A program made the translations under genes and the position numbers. From Alphaproteobacteria bacterium (GTDB lineage Bacteria > Pseudomonadota > Alphaproteobacteria > MPNO01 > UBA830), in contig OZ219790.1 of NCBI GenBank assembly GCA_964291215.2, positions 2,016,001 through 2,080,000 of the forward strand: 64,000 bases of DNA, written 5' to 3'. A model generated the notes under the pieces. That model was not told the origin of the DNA. It did not search any database and saw only the letters and a list, made by a program, of their open reading frames with translations. Shown here piece by piece: positions 22,120 through 33,321 of this stretch; position 1 is the stretch's first letter; every line of letters starts with the position of its first letter.

Positions 22120-23105
22120 GCCGCGACCGGTGGCTGGAAGCCGGGGCAGCAGTGGCTTGATCTGATCGCGAACAACGCGCGACTGCCGGTGCTTGCGGCG
22201 CCGGGAACGTTTCCGAACTTTGCCTCCTTCTTTCTTGTGACGCGGCGGCTGACCGACGACTGGGCCTGCGGCCACCAGGTGGTTGTGGCAGAGACGTTCT
22301 GCGATCCGGAGCGTTTTGCGGGCGCAAGGCGGCGGGCTGGCATGCGCTGGGCCAGACCAAGGGGTTTACCCGCGCCAACGGGCGCTGCACCGACCCCCAT
22401 GGCAAGGAGATTTTCGTTGTGCCGCTGCGGCGCGGCGGCTGCTGTCGCGCCCGCAGGCGCTGCCGGGCGCCGCCTGCCTCCTCGCTCCCCGGGGTTCCGA
22501 GGTGATGCGTTCGCTGCACGACGAATTGGCGGCGATCGAGGACTTCCGCCGCGCAGGAAGCACACGATGTGCTCACGTTCTCGCGGAGCTTGCGAACATG
22601 AAAGGCTGCCTCGCAGCTGCGCAGTTTGCGCGGTCGCTGTCCCGGGACGAGCTCGAGGCCATCGGCGGAACCCGAGGACGGAGCTGCGCGAGCCGCCCTC
22701 CAAGGCGACCCTCCACCGGGTCGTCCAGTCGATCGATCCCGAGGCGCTCGAGGATGTGCTCAGCCGCGAGCTCGGCCGGGCGCTTGCCGCCGACGGCAAG
22801 CGCATCCGCGGCGCCAACGGCCACCACGAGACCGTGGCCCTCACGCCTCCGGCGCACCCTTCGCGCTGTTGAACTTCGACGACGGCGAGCTGGCGGCCAC
22901 CTCCTCGAGCGCACCGATGTTCGCGGCAAGGTGATCACCCGCACGACGCCGGCGATGCTGATCACCCGGCGCTGCGGCGCAGACCACATCTTCCCGGTCA
23001 AGGGCGCCCGAAACCTTCGACATCCTCGACGGCATCGACCGGGAGACGGATGCCAGCGGCGCAGCGAGCGACAACGACTGCACCGAGACCGCGTACATCA
23101 TTACC
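22120..23105 (+). mobile_element. ISAs1/DUF4338 internal fragment
   Basis: Homologous to 14615-15740. Confidence 0.7.
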
Positions 23106-23360
23106 TCACCGCACGAACGCTTACGTACCGCCGGCCGTGCGCGACTCTCGACACCGGGTCGGTTCACGACAACCACGTGAACAATATATGGCCGCATTCC
23201 AGAACCGATAGTACCAAACCGCCGATGCTCTCTCCAATCGGGGATGTCGTCCGCACATAGCAGGCTTCCGTTTGCGGCGGGCGCGGCTATAACACTGGCT
23301 GACGCCAGCCGGACCGAAAAAGCTCTCGCTTTCGATGCCACGCCGTGTCATATTGCCGGC

Positions 23361-23771
23361 ATGGACCAGACACCGCAGTTCGCCGCCCAGATTTCTCCTT
23401 GGCTAACACCGGTCGTCCTGCTGACCGTTCTCGGTCTCATGTGGCGCAGCATGCTGCGGCTCGAAGACCGACTCGGCGCACGCATTGATGACACCAACAA
23501 GCGTATAGACGACACCAACAAGCGTATCGACGACACCAACAGGCGTATCGACGACACCGCCGCCGCGCTCGTCAAACGCATCGACGACACCGCCGCCGCG
23601 CTCGGCGCACGCATCGACGACACCACCGCCGCGCTCGGCGCACGCATCGACGGAATCGACAACCGGCTGCGGGCGCTTGAGACCGGCCAAGCGGAGATCA
23701 AGGGAAAGCTCGACTTCGTCGAAGCATACATCCTCGGACGCAACGCCCCCGGAACCGCGCCTGCGGAGTGA
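23361..23771 (+). CDS. Small membrane-anchored coiled-coil repeat protein, copy 3 (136 aa)
   Basis: Near-identical to copies 1 and 2 except for repeat number. Confidence 0.8.
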   Translation: MDQTPQFAAQISPWLTPVVLLTVLGLMWRSMLRLEDRLGARIDDTNKRIDDTNKRIDDTNRRIDDTAAALVKRIDDTAAALGARIDDTTAALGARIDGIDNRLRALETGQAEIKGKLDFVEAYILGRNAPGTAPAE

Positions 23772-24052
23772 TCCGGCGGCTCGGGGCGGCACGCATCCCG
23801 CATTGAGCCGCCTGTCCGCATTCACCGAGCGAATGCGGACAGGACCGGATGGAGGGTTCGGTGCGTTGCGCAACCGTCGCTGCGGACGATCTGAATTCAG
23901 GCAACATGCCCGAAATTTGTGTGGCGACCTGGACGAAAACGAGGCAGCAGCGGCCATGACGGCGGGAGAACATTCTCACGCTAAATTCTGTTGATTTTTC
24001 AAGGCAGTACCTGGGTTTTGCGGGGGCGCGGATTGGTGTGGGAGATTTTTCA

Positions 24053-24385
24053 CCCCACTTCCAGTCTGAAGTGCAACACCCGGCCCTCATCGCAGTGAGG
24101 GCGTAGCCCGAACGGAGATGAGGGCCGGGTGTTGCGCAAATTTTTCCCCTCTGCCCCTCTCGATTCCGCCTGGGAACAGCTTCAGTTCCTTCAACATCGA
24201 GCTTATGCAACGCCTTTGTCGGCTTCAAGCCACTATTTCGCCGTCGCGCGGCATGGACCCTGCTGCACGTTGCGGCTGCGGAACATGGCGCAGATGGTCA
24301 GGGCGGTTTCACTTCAAGATTACCTCCGTCGGCGATCCCAGGACTTTCCGAGTGTTGAGCCGATCCTGTACCTTCTGAACATCTT
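24053..24385 (-). mobile_element. IS30 right-end fragment, cut by IS256
   Basis: TIR CCCCACTTCCAGTCTGAAGTGCAACA; matches the 3' end of the other IS30 copies. Confidence 0.75.
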
Positions 24386-24446
24386 GATTACGCAACCTGA
24401 TGTCTGGAAATTGTCGTGAAGCTGATCGAGCTGTTCCCATTTGATG

Positions 24447-25644
24447 CCCCCGTTCCATAGTGAAGTGCAACACATGATGGGCTGTGGCCATGTGTTTTTA
24501 GACGCATGATGTTGCGGAGCTGTCCAGCAGCGGCGAAAGTTCCTGTACAAGATGGAGGGAGCTTGTTCATGTCCAAAGGCTACCGTCACCTACGAAGAGC
24601 GATGCCAGATTGAGGCGTTACAGAAAAGCGGTCTTTCACAAGGTGCGATTGCTCGGCAGCTGGGCCGATCAACAATTTTCCGGGAGATCAAGCGCAACAC
24701 CGGGGGACGGGGTTACCGTCACAAGCAGGCGCAAAGGATGGCAGAAACGCGCCGCAGGGCCGCCTCGTCTGTTTTCTGGCGGTTGACGCCTCGGGCTGAA
24801 GCTCAGAAAAAGCTGCGGGAGGGCCCCGAGCAGCGGCCGTTTTCGACTGGAAGGCCGTGGGTCGGCAACGGATCCATGATCGCCGAAGATCGGAGAGCTG
24901 GGGGCGTCTTGTGGAAGAAGCTTCGGCGGCGCGGCAAGAAGCCGAACTGGAAGGGCGGATGCCATTCTGGCCGGGTGGACATTTCCGAGCGCCCTGCGGA
25001 GGCAAAGGAACGGATCGGCGACTGGGAGCCATCATCGGCAAAGCTCACAGTGGAGCTGTCGTGTCGCTCGTGCCACGAAATACACCTTGCTGGGTGGACA
25101 GAAAGACACGGTCGGTATGATCCGCCTGCTCGGCTCTGGTGCGCTATTGGTCCACACAATCACAACGGCAAGGAGTTCGCAGACCACAGGCGTGTCGCTG
25201 AAGCACTTGATGCAGATTTCTTCTTCGCCTTTCCATTCCTGGGAGCGCGGCTTGAATGAGCACACCAACGGCCTGGTGCGGGAGTACTTCCCGAAGGGCA
25301 CGGACTTTCGCGCGACATGCAACGAAGATGTTCAGAAGGTGCGGCTCAACACTCGGAAAGTCCTGGGATCGCCGACGGAGGTAATCTTGAAGTGAAACCG
25401 CGCTGACCATCTGCGTTCCGAAGCCGCAACGTGCAGCAGGGTCCATGCCGCGCGACGGTAAGATAGTGGCTTGAAGCCGACAAAGGCGTTGCATAAGCTC
25501 GATGTTGAAGGAACTGAAGCTGTTCCCAGGCGGAATCGAGAGGGGCAGAGGGGAAAAATTTGCGCAACCCGGCCCTCATCTCCGTTCGGGCTACGCCCTC
25601 ACTGCGATGAGGGCCAAGTGTTGCACTTCAGACTGGAAGTGGGG
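24447..25644 (+). mobile_element. IS30 family element, frameshifted
   Basis: TIRs CCCCCGTTCCATAGTGAAGTGCAACA / CCCCACTTCCAGTCTGAAGTGCAACA; 3-bp TSD ATG; TYEERCQIEAL, IGDWE, ERGLNEHTNGLVREYFPKG. Confidence 0.88.
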
Positions 25645-26746
25645 ATGTATGCCTTGGTTTCGGTTTCCCATTTTTCGTCGATGAGGACCGCGGTTGAGAG
25701 GCGCTCCAACGAGGCGAGGTTTGGAAAGACCCTGACTTTGGAGGTGCGCCGCTTGAGCTCTTGCTGGATCGGTCGCTCGATGCCGTTCGAGGTTCGCATA
25801 CGTTTGTGGTGAGCATCGGGCAAGGTGAAGACAGCGAGCCCCGCATTGTTTTCCAGCCAGGAAGCCTGGATGCTTGTCGCTGGCCACGAGGGCGGCCAGT
25901 TCAGCCTCGGCGGTTTGGAGTGAGGAGGCGTTGCTCTGAGCTGTTTTCCAATACGTTTCCTGATGTCGTTGTTCGGTGCACGGCGTTTTGCGCCAAGTGG
26001 AACTGGCAGCGCTGCCAGGTCGCCGCGCCCAGCACCGTGCCGCTTTCAGCCCAGCATGGTCATCCGAGACGATGAAGGTCGTACCATGCAGGGCTAGCAA
26101 GCTTTCCAGGAAGGCTCTCCAATGGACCTCGGCCTCGGAGAGCGCCACAGAGAGCCCCAGAACGTGCCTGCAGCCCCTATTCCGATGGCCGAGAGTACTG
26201 CGACATCGCGCACAACGCCGTCATGGCGGGCTTTTTCATAGCGCGCATCCAGGATCAGGTATTTCATCAGGGGCCGGTTGCGCGGCGAGTTCTTCATCGA
26301 GCAACCTGGTGGCCCCCTGAGAAGAGGACAGGCTCCCGAACTCGCGCATTACATCCTGCCGCGTGGAAACACCCTTGATGTACATCTCGGCTACGGCGCG
26401 AGAAGATCGCTGGCCGCGTTCAAGCGACTGGGGACGGGTCGTCCCCGTGACCGTTTGGCACCTGAACGGTAACAGTGGGGGTGTCGATCCGCTTGTAGCC
26501 GTTGGCATAGCCCTGTCGCTCCGGTGTCCGGTGGCCCGCTTTCAAGTGCTGCTCGCGCTCGATTTGCATCGCAAGCTCGAAGAGCTGACCAAAGATCCGC
26601 CCCAGATCCGTTGCTCCGTTTGCGATCAGATGTTCCAAAACGGCCTCAATCGTCGTAGTGTGTCGCAGGTCCATTCGCTTCCTCCATGAATGTTTACAGC
26701 TCCATGGGATAGCACGATGGCGCCGCGTTTCACTGGGGGGCTAGCC

Positions 26747-28731
26747 CTCGCATGTCACGGAAATTTTAGCTGAACAACGGTGTTTCGGCGTGGCATAAGT
26801 GTCCCATGTCACAGTCTCAGATCAGCCGCACATTGCGGGACGAGGCAGCAGTTGCGCGGATCGCGTCGCTGCTGTCCTGTGAGCAGTTCGACAGCCGGTC
26901 GGCTCTGGGTCGTCTGCGAGGAGTTTGCCTTTGTCGACGCGCGCGGCCGTCTGCAGCTTGCCGGCTGCATGAAGGCGCTGAGGGCGCCCGGAGATCGTCC
27001 TGCCGGTGCCGAAGTCACCGACAATCGACCGCCGGCCTCGCCTGTTGGTGGATGATATCGCTGCAGAGGTTCCGGCGCGCGCATTCGGGATCTCGAGATC
27101 ATCGTGGTCGGGGATCGTATTGACCGAGCGGTCACGCTGATTGCGCGTGAACACCCGCGACGACCTTCGCCGGCTGCCAATATCTCGTGGGCTCGGCGCA
27201 CGGGTGGCGGGGTTTGCCGCCGCCGCGCGGCGCGGGACCGCTGGATGGAACGACGGGCAGCGCCGGAACCACCTGCAGCGGATCGTCTGTCTGAGCCGTT
27301 TCTTGATCAGGTGCTCTGCCCGCCCAGCCATGTGCGCATCCTGCGCCGCGTGACTTCGAGGACCGTTTCGACCATGGCTCAGTTTTGCCGATGAAGGTTA
27401 CCCTGCCTGCGCGCGGCCAACTTCCTGTGCAGGACCGAAGGCCGGCAGGACTGGGAGACGGTGAAGACGGTCTTCGTGGCCGAACTGGAGCGCGCAGGAA
27501 GCTGGGGAGGTCGATCATGCGCCCTCGCCGGGCGAAGGTCTGAACGACTGGGCGCAGAACGAGTTTGGAGGGGGGTGACAAGCGACTTTCTGCGCGCCTG
27601 GAGCGCCAGCCTTCTGGCGGCCGGTCAGAAGATCAATGCGTCTCCCAGCGCCGACAACACCGCGATCAATGCGTTTTACCGGATGGTCGCCCTCGGAGAT
27701 CACGCCGGCGAACATTCTTGCGCCGCACCGTGAGCGCAGCATCCGGCGCATCCGTGGCCAGAAGACGGTTCTTGCGGCACGGACCTGAACTTCTCCCGGC
27801 TGCGACGGCCTGCAGGTGATCGGGACGAACCAGACCGGGGCCTGCACGCGACCCTGGCGGTGACTGACCTGCCACTCGGGGTGCTGGGTCCGGTGAAGCC
27901 CCGGTCGCAGGAGACACGCCGCAGCTCGAGGGGTTCAAGGCGCTGCCACCCCGGCGGCAAGACGCGCGTCATCTCCGTCGGGAAGCCGACATCTTCGAGC
28001 TGTTCGACACGCGCTTGCCCCGCGTCGATCTGCGCGCCAAGCATGACAGGGTGCTGAAGGAGGGAAGGCTGTTCGCCGTCATGGCCGGCGGCCTGATTGA
28101 GATCGAGGGACTGACGGAGCAAGCCAGCCGGAAGAAGGCCCGCGCGACAGAAGCGCCTGGCGAGTTACGGTCCGTTACGCTGCCCGTGACGGGCACCGCC
28201 CCCAGCGCGAAGCCGGTGTCCCTGCACGGGGTCAGGGAGCGCCCGAGGGTGAGGATCCCGGTGCCTGCTGACCACCGTGCGGGTTGGCGAAGGAGGCGGC
28301 CGACATCGTCGGCTTCTACCTTCAGCGCTGGCGAATCGAGGATTACGTGCTCAAATCCGGATGCAGGGTGGAACACCTGCTGTTCCGCACCGCCTGCAGC
28401 GGGCGATCAACGCCGTCATCGCATGGCGCATCATGGTCATGACCCTGCTCGGCCGCCAGGTGCGAGCCGCAGCTGATGTTCACCGACAGCGAACTCGCGC
28501 GACTACGCACACAAGTACGCCCTGAAGGAACCGGAGCGTCTCGCCGATGCGGTGCACCTGGTCGCCCATCTCGGCGGCTACCGCAGCACGCCCGGGTCAC
28601 CAGATCATGTGGCCAGACACACCAGCGCCGCACTGGGTCACCAAATCGGCCGGGAAATCGGGTTCCGGGATGGACAAAGACACGCGTGAACACGTAAACC
28701 ATTGTCAACCAGATTTGTCATGACACGGCAG
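26747..28731 (+). mobile_element. IS4 family (IS50-like) element with DUF4338-like N-terminal region, degraded
   Basis: Ends CTCGCATGTCACGGAAATTT / CTGCCGTGTCATGACAAATCT; 8-bp TSD GGCTAGCC; DWAQNEFGG, DGTDLNF, LPLGVL, READIFELF, RLQRAINAVIAWR. Confidence 0.8.
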
Positions 28732-29233
28732 GGCTAGCCCCCCCAGTGAAACGCCTCAAAGCGCAAACCTCAGACAAATTTCCAGACATCAAGTTACAGT
28801 ACCGTCTATTATCCGTCTATTAGTTCTGCATGATCGTTGTGACGGGTGTTTTTCGGACTTGACTTCCTGCCTTGATCTTGGTGTAGAAATCGCGTCTCTT
28901 CTATGTGCCGGATTTCGGCGCCGATGTGCTTGGTCGCCTTCGGGAGACCCTCCTCCTTTGATACTGTCTTCCCCGCCCGTGCGTCCTCTCCGGAGGAGCG
29001 CCGGGAGCAGGCAGATGAATACGTTGCCGGGCAGTGCGCACGTCGCGTCGGTGGCAAGACCGCTTCTCGACCGGACTGATTACACCCGGCACGACTTCTG
29101 CCACGGCCTTCCCGAGGCCGTGGCTCCATCCTTCATCCGCAGTGACCCACCGCCCCGACGGGCGCCTGTTCCGACGCCTGTCGGCCAATGAGCGTTGCGG
29201 ATGGACTTAACTTGAGCTGAAGGAGACGAAACG

Positions 29234-30315
29234 ATGACGACAGGCATAACTTGGGCCGGGACGTCCGGCGACGACACCAAAGTCGGCAGCGACGGCGACG
29301 ACGCGCTGTATGGCGGCACGGGCGACGACACCCTTACCGGCAGCGCGGGGGATGACACGCTCTACGGCGGCGAAGGCGACGACTTTCTGTTCAGCCGCGA
29401 CGAAGACGACACGTTCGTGTTCAGGGCCGGAGACGGCGACGACATCATTGGCTGGTTCCAGAACGGCGACATCATCAAGTTCGACGGTGTGCCCGGGGTG
29501 AGCGAGTTCAGCGATCTGACGGTGGAGGAATCTGATGTTACCAACAGCGATGGTGAAAAGACCGGCGCCAAAGTCGTCATCACCTAACGGGGCCGGCCGG
29601 GACACGATCACGCTGAACGGCCTGGGCATGGGGGATATCGGCTCGGCAGACTTCGCGTTTGCGGACACCTCGGGCAAGGCGGCGCGGGCGACGACACCCT
29701 CACCGGCGGCACGGGCAATGACACGTTCGTGTTCAAGGCCGGGGACGGCAACGACACGATCACCGATTTCCAGGATGGCGACAAGATCAAGTTCGACAGC
29801 GTGCCCGGGGTGGACGATTTCGAAGATCTGACGATGCAGCAAGATGGCGACGATGTCGTCATCACCTACGGCGCCGGCGGGGACCAGGAAACGATCACGC
29901 TGACAGGCGCAGACATCGGGAATATCGGCTCGACAGACTTTACGATTGCGGCGAGGGCGACGACACGCTGTATGGCGGCGCCGGCAATGACATTCTGAAC
30001 GGAGGCGCCGGCCACGACAGGCTCAATGGCGGCGCGGGCAACGATACGCTGACGGGCGGCGACGGCGACGACTGGCTCCAGGGTGGCACCGGCAACGACA
30101 CCTTCCTCTACAACGGAATGGGCAATGACACCATCTCGGACTTCGCTGCGGGGGACACCATCGCGTTGAGGAACATTGATGGGGTCACCGCGTTCGGCGA
30201 CATCACCGTTGATTCCACGGAAGGCGGCTTCGAGATCACCTTCGGTGACGGCAACGCCCTGACCGTCACGTCCAGCCTGCAGGCACTCGAAGCCGAACAC
30301 TTCGACTTCCTGTGA
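29234..30315 (+). pseudogene. RTX/hemolysin-type calcium-binding repeat protein, inactivated
   Basis: GGxGxDxLx nonapeptides ([18 protein letters not shown]), G.D.I.DF motifs, C-terminal HFDFL; stop at 29585 and frameshifts. Confidence 0.78.
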
Positions 30316-30526
30316 TGCGTTTCGCGCGCAGAGCCGCCACCGCGGCCCTGCGTTGCGTCCCGAAGGCAAAGTTGTGCGCGCCCGAGGGGAAGACGCGCAG
30401 GAGCAGGCCGGGGATGGTATCATCATGGATGTCGGTCGTAGCGCTTCTCGCGCGGTCTGACGACGTGAACGCACCGTGCGACGGTGGACTTCGGATTGTC
30501 GCCCATAGTTGGCGGCTCCTGTCTAG

Positions 30527-30965
30527 TCCGAAGTTCCAGATGATTTCCTGCTGATCTTCACAACAACTCGCTGATTTTGCGCTATTTGTCGGATTCGTCG
30601 GGCTTCACAGTGTACCCATGTACGAATGCACCTTGTGCTTGACATATGTCTGTGGTGCGCCTATGCACGGTAGCCATGTACATCAAAGCCCTCCTCAACC
30701 GATCCCCTCCACCCGCCATCCTGCTCCGCGAGCCCCCGGCGCGAAGTCGGAAAGGTCAAGAAGCGCACCATCACCCGCAACACCGTGACGCTCCACCTTG
30801 CGGGCGCCGGGCCCTTCCAGGTCACTACGCGACCCACGCCGCTCCAGAGAAGAGCACTCAAACTCCTCGGCGTAAAGCCGTAGTGTACCCAGTCAGACGC
30901 CTCTGAGATCCATCGAATGTCATTCATATCAGATACTTGCGCCTGATCGGCCCTAGAACTTCGGA
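30527..30965 (+). mobile_element. IS1634-like internal deletion derivative (MITE)
   Basis: TIR TCCGAAGTTC(C/T)AG at both ends; keeps N-term MYIKALLNRSPPPAILLRE and the C-terminus of 44435-46240. Confidence 0.72.
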
Positions 30966-31385
30966 TGAAAGGCTGTCTCGCAGCTGCGCAGTTTGCGCGG
31001 TCTCTGTCCCGGGACGAGCTCGAGGCCATCGGCGGAACCCGAGCATCCATGTTTCCTGGCAAGGTTTTTGCGGGTGTCTGCGGTGATGTTTTCTGTGGTT
31101 GTCCACAAGCGGTGTGGGATTTGCCCTGCGATCGAGGCGACATGAAGCTTGTGGTCCCGGCGGCGGGTTGCCGTCCATTGGTCACGTGAACGCGGCTACC
31201 TTGCCGCCCCCGGGCACGTGACCGTCCGGGTTCCAGGTGTCCCAAGGCGGTTCGATCTCCTCGATGTCGGCCTCGACGATGATCTGCAGACATTCTCCCC
31301 AAGTCGTGTCGTAGTAGGGAGACTGTCGATACAGTCCCGATCGCGCTCTCGGCAGGGGTGAGGGCCATGAGGGTGTCTCCTTCGC

Positions 31386-32212
31386 TCACTCACCGTGCCG
31401 GTGCTTCGGTCGACCAGCAACGCTGCTGTCGCAGCAAGGTGTTCGCCAGAGCTTGCGCATCACGGCGACAATGGCGACTTTGTGGGCCTTGCCGGCGGTC
31501 TTGTGGCGCACCAGATCCGCGTTGAAGCGTGCTGCCGAGGTCGCGGCCATGAACAGGAGATCACGTGGCCTCCGGCGCCCGCCTCGGATATGCCGAGCAC
31601 CGTGGCCACTGTCGTTGGCCATCGGCGCCACCCCGATCAAGGCTGCCGACGCTGCCGAGTTCGGGCATCCAACAAAGAAGGGCTGCGGCGGTCACTGGAC
31701 CGGGGATCGAGGTCAGGGTACCTCTGCTCGGGATCACCGGCGATCACCGCTTTGATCGCCGCGCCGGCAATGCGGTCATCGAGATCGGCCGCCGAAGCCC
31801 TTGTGACGGTCTCGCCATCCACCTCATCTGCCACTTGCCTCAACTTGGTCCGCACGTCGACAAGCGCGGCGCGCGATACCAGGAGATCCCCCAGGCAGTT
31901 GAGGAAGGCTTCCTGAGGAGCCACAGGCTCGAGATCGCCGAGCACCGTGCCGATCTTGGCCAGCGCGTCAACGCGGTTGGCCAGATGGCCCAAAGCCTCG
32001 GCGAAGCCCTCAACGGGCAGGACAACCTCGAAGCCCCGGTCATGAAGACACTGGTGAACCTTGCGGTGATAGCGGCCTGTCGCCCACCACACGGGTTACC
32101 TCGAGGCTGCGAAGCCACGTGCCCAGTGCCCGCCAGCTCGTGGCGTCGTTCGTAAAACGACGCCCCAGATGTCCAGACTGGCCTTGCTGACCCCTGCTAC
32201 TACCTTGACCAT
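31386..32212 (-). pseudogene. IS110 DEDD recombinase, frameshifted
   Basis: MVKVVAG-VSK (catalytic GID aspartate deleted), AK.D-type region, GVAPMANDSG catalytic Ser, IRGGR, AGKAHKVAIVAVMRKL. Confidence 0.85.
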
Positions 32213-32400
32213 CGTTCCTCGCCTTATGATGATACGGTTCAAACCCAAGCATCCATTCAGGACGCAAGGGACGCCAAAGGAGGTTGCCACGCTCGGGAAC
32301 GGCTCTATAAAGCCAAGGACGGAACGGCAACCTCCGCGGAGATCGTTTGATCCCCGCTCCCCTGTACGTTCTCACACAGGGGAGCGGAATCTCTTTGCAA
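32213..32400 (-). ncRNA. IS110 bridge RNA, copy B
   Basis: 5' hairpin CCGCTCCCCTGT/ACAGGGGAGCGG (32354-87); target loop 32279-32335 with CTCGGG and AGGACGGAA; donor loop with AGCATCCAT (32248-56) and CTTAT (32223-27). Confidence 0.85.
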
Positions 32401-33321
32401 CCATAGCTCTCCCATAGTCGAGGTTATCCACATTTTCCCGCCCCCAACTGCTGTGGATGATTTCATCATCAAGGGGACAAAACCTAGTCATATAAGGACG
32501 GAGCTGCGCGAGCCGCCCTCCGGGGCGGCCCTCCACCGGGTCGTCCGGTCGATCGACCCCGAGGCGCTCGAGGACATGCTCGGCCGCCGGCTCGCCCGGG
32601 CGCTTGCCGCCGACGGCAAGCGCATCCGCGGCGCCAACCGCAACGGCCACCACGAGACCGTGGCCCTTGTCGACCACGCCTCCGGCGCACCCTTCGCGCT
32701 GTTGAACTTCGACGACGGCGAGCCGGCGGCCACGCACGACCTCCTCAAGCGCACCGATGTCCGCGGCAAGGTGATCACCCTCGACGCGCTGCACACGACG
32801 CGCAAGACGGCGACGCTGATCACCCGGCGCTGCGGCGCAGACCACATCTTCCCGGTCAAAGGGAATGCGCCCGCAACCTTCGACACCCTCGACGGCATCG
32901 ACCGGGAGGCGAATGCCACCGGCCGCTTCAAGGAGGCAAGGCCCGCCTCGAGCAGCGCTCGATACGTGCCGATCGAGGACCTGATCAACTACCCCGGCGT
33001 CAGCCGGATCGCCCGCATCAAGCGCTACCGCAAGCCGCCGGAAAAGAGCGCCAGCGGCGCAGCGAGCGGCAACAACCACACCGGTACATCATCACCTCGC
33101 TCGATGCGCAACACGCGTCGCCAGAGGAACTGCTGCGGCTCGATCGCGGGCACCGGGCCGTGGAAAACATGAACCACCGAGACTGCGTCTTCGGCGAGGA
33201 CGCCTGCCTGACCCGCACCGGCCCCACAAACCGCGCCAGCCTCGACAACATCGCGCTCGCGGTGATCTTCGCCAACCGACGCGAGAGCCTCGCCGAAATC
33301 CCGCCGTTTTATGCAACCGAC

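Larger units (their letters stand above)
24386..28802 (-). mobile_element. IS256 element containing nested IS30 and IS4
   Basis: Both IS256 TIRs present; body homologous to 7168-8395. Confidence 0.82.
31042..32496 (-). mobile_element. IS110 family element, copy B (CT core on both sides)
   Basis: Empty site GAACCCGAGGACGGAG at about 21149; AG at 31042-43 and 32495-96; same ends as copy A. Confidence 0.92.

Noticed and set aside
10984-23990. Diversity-generating retroelement or integron explanation for the repeated cassette
   Set aside because: No reverse transcriptase, adenine-specific variation, integrase or attC-like sites found.
25394-25644. Short ORFs in the IS30 3' region (MKPTKALHK..., MLKELKLF...)
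   Set aside because: They recur only because the IS is repeated; no recognisable motif or evidence of coding constraint.
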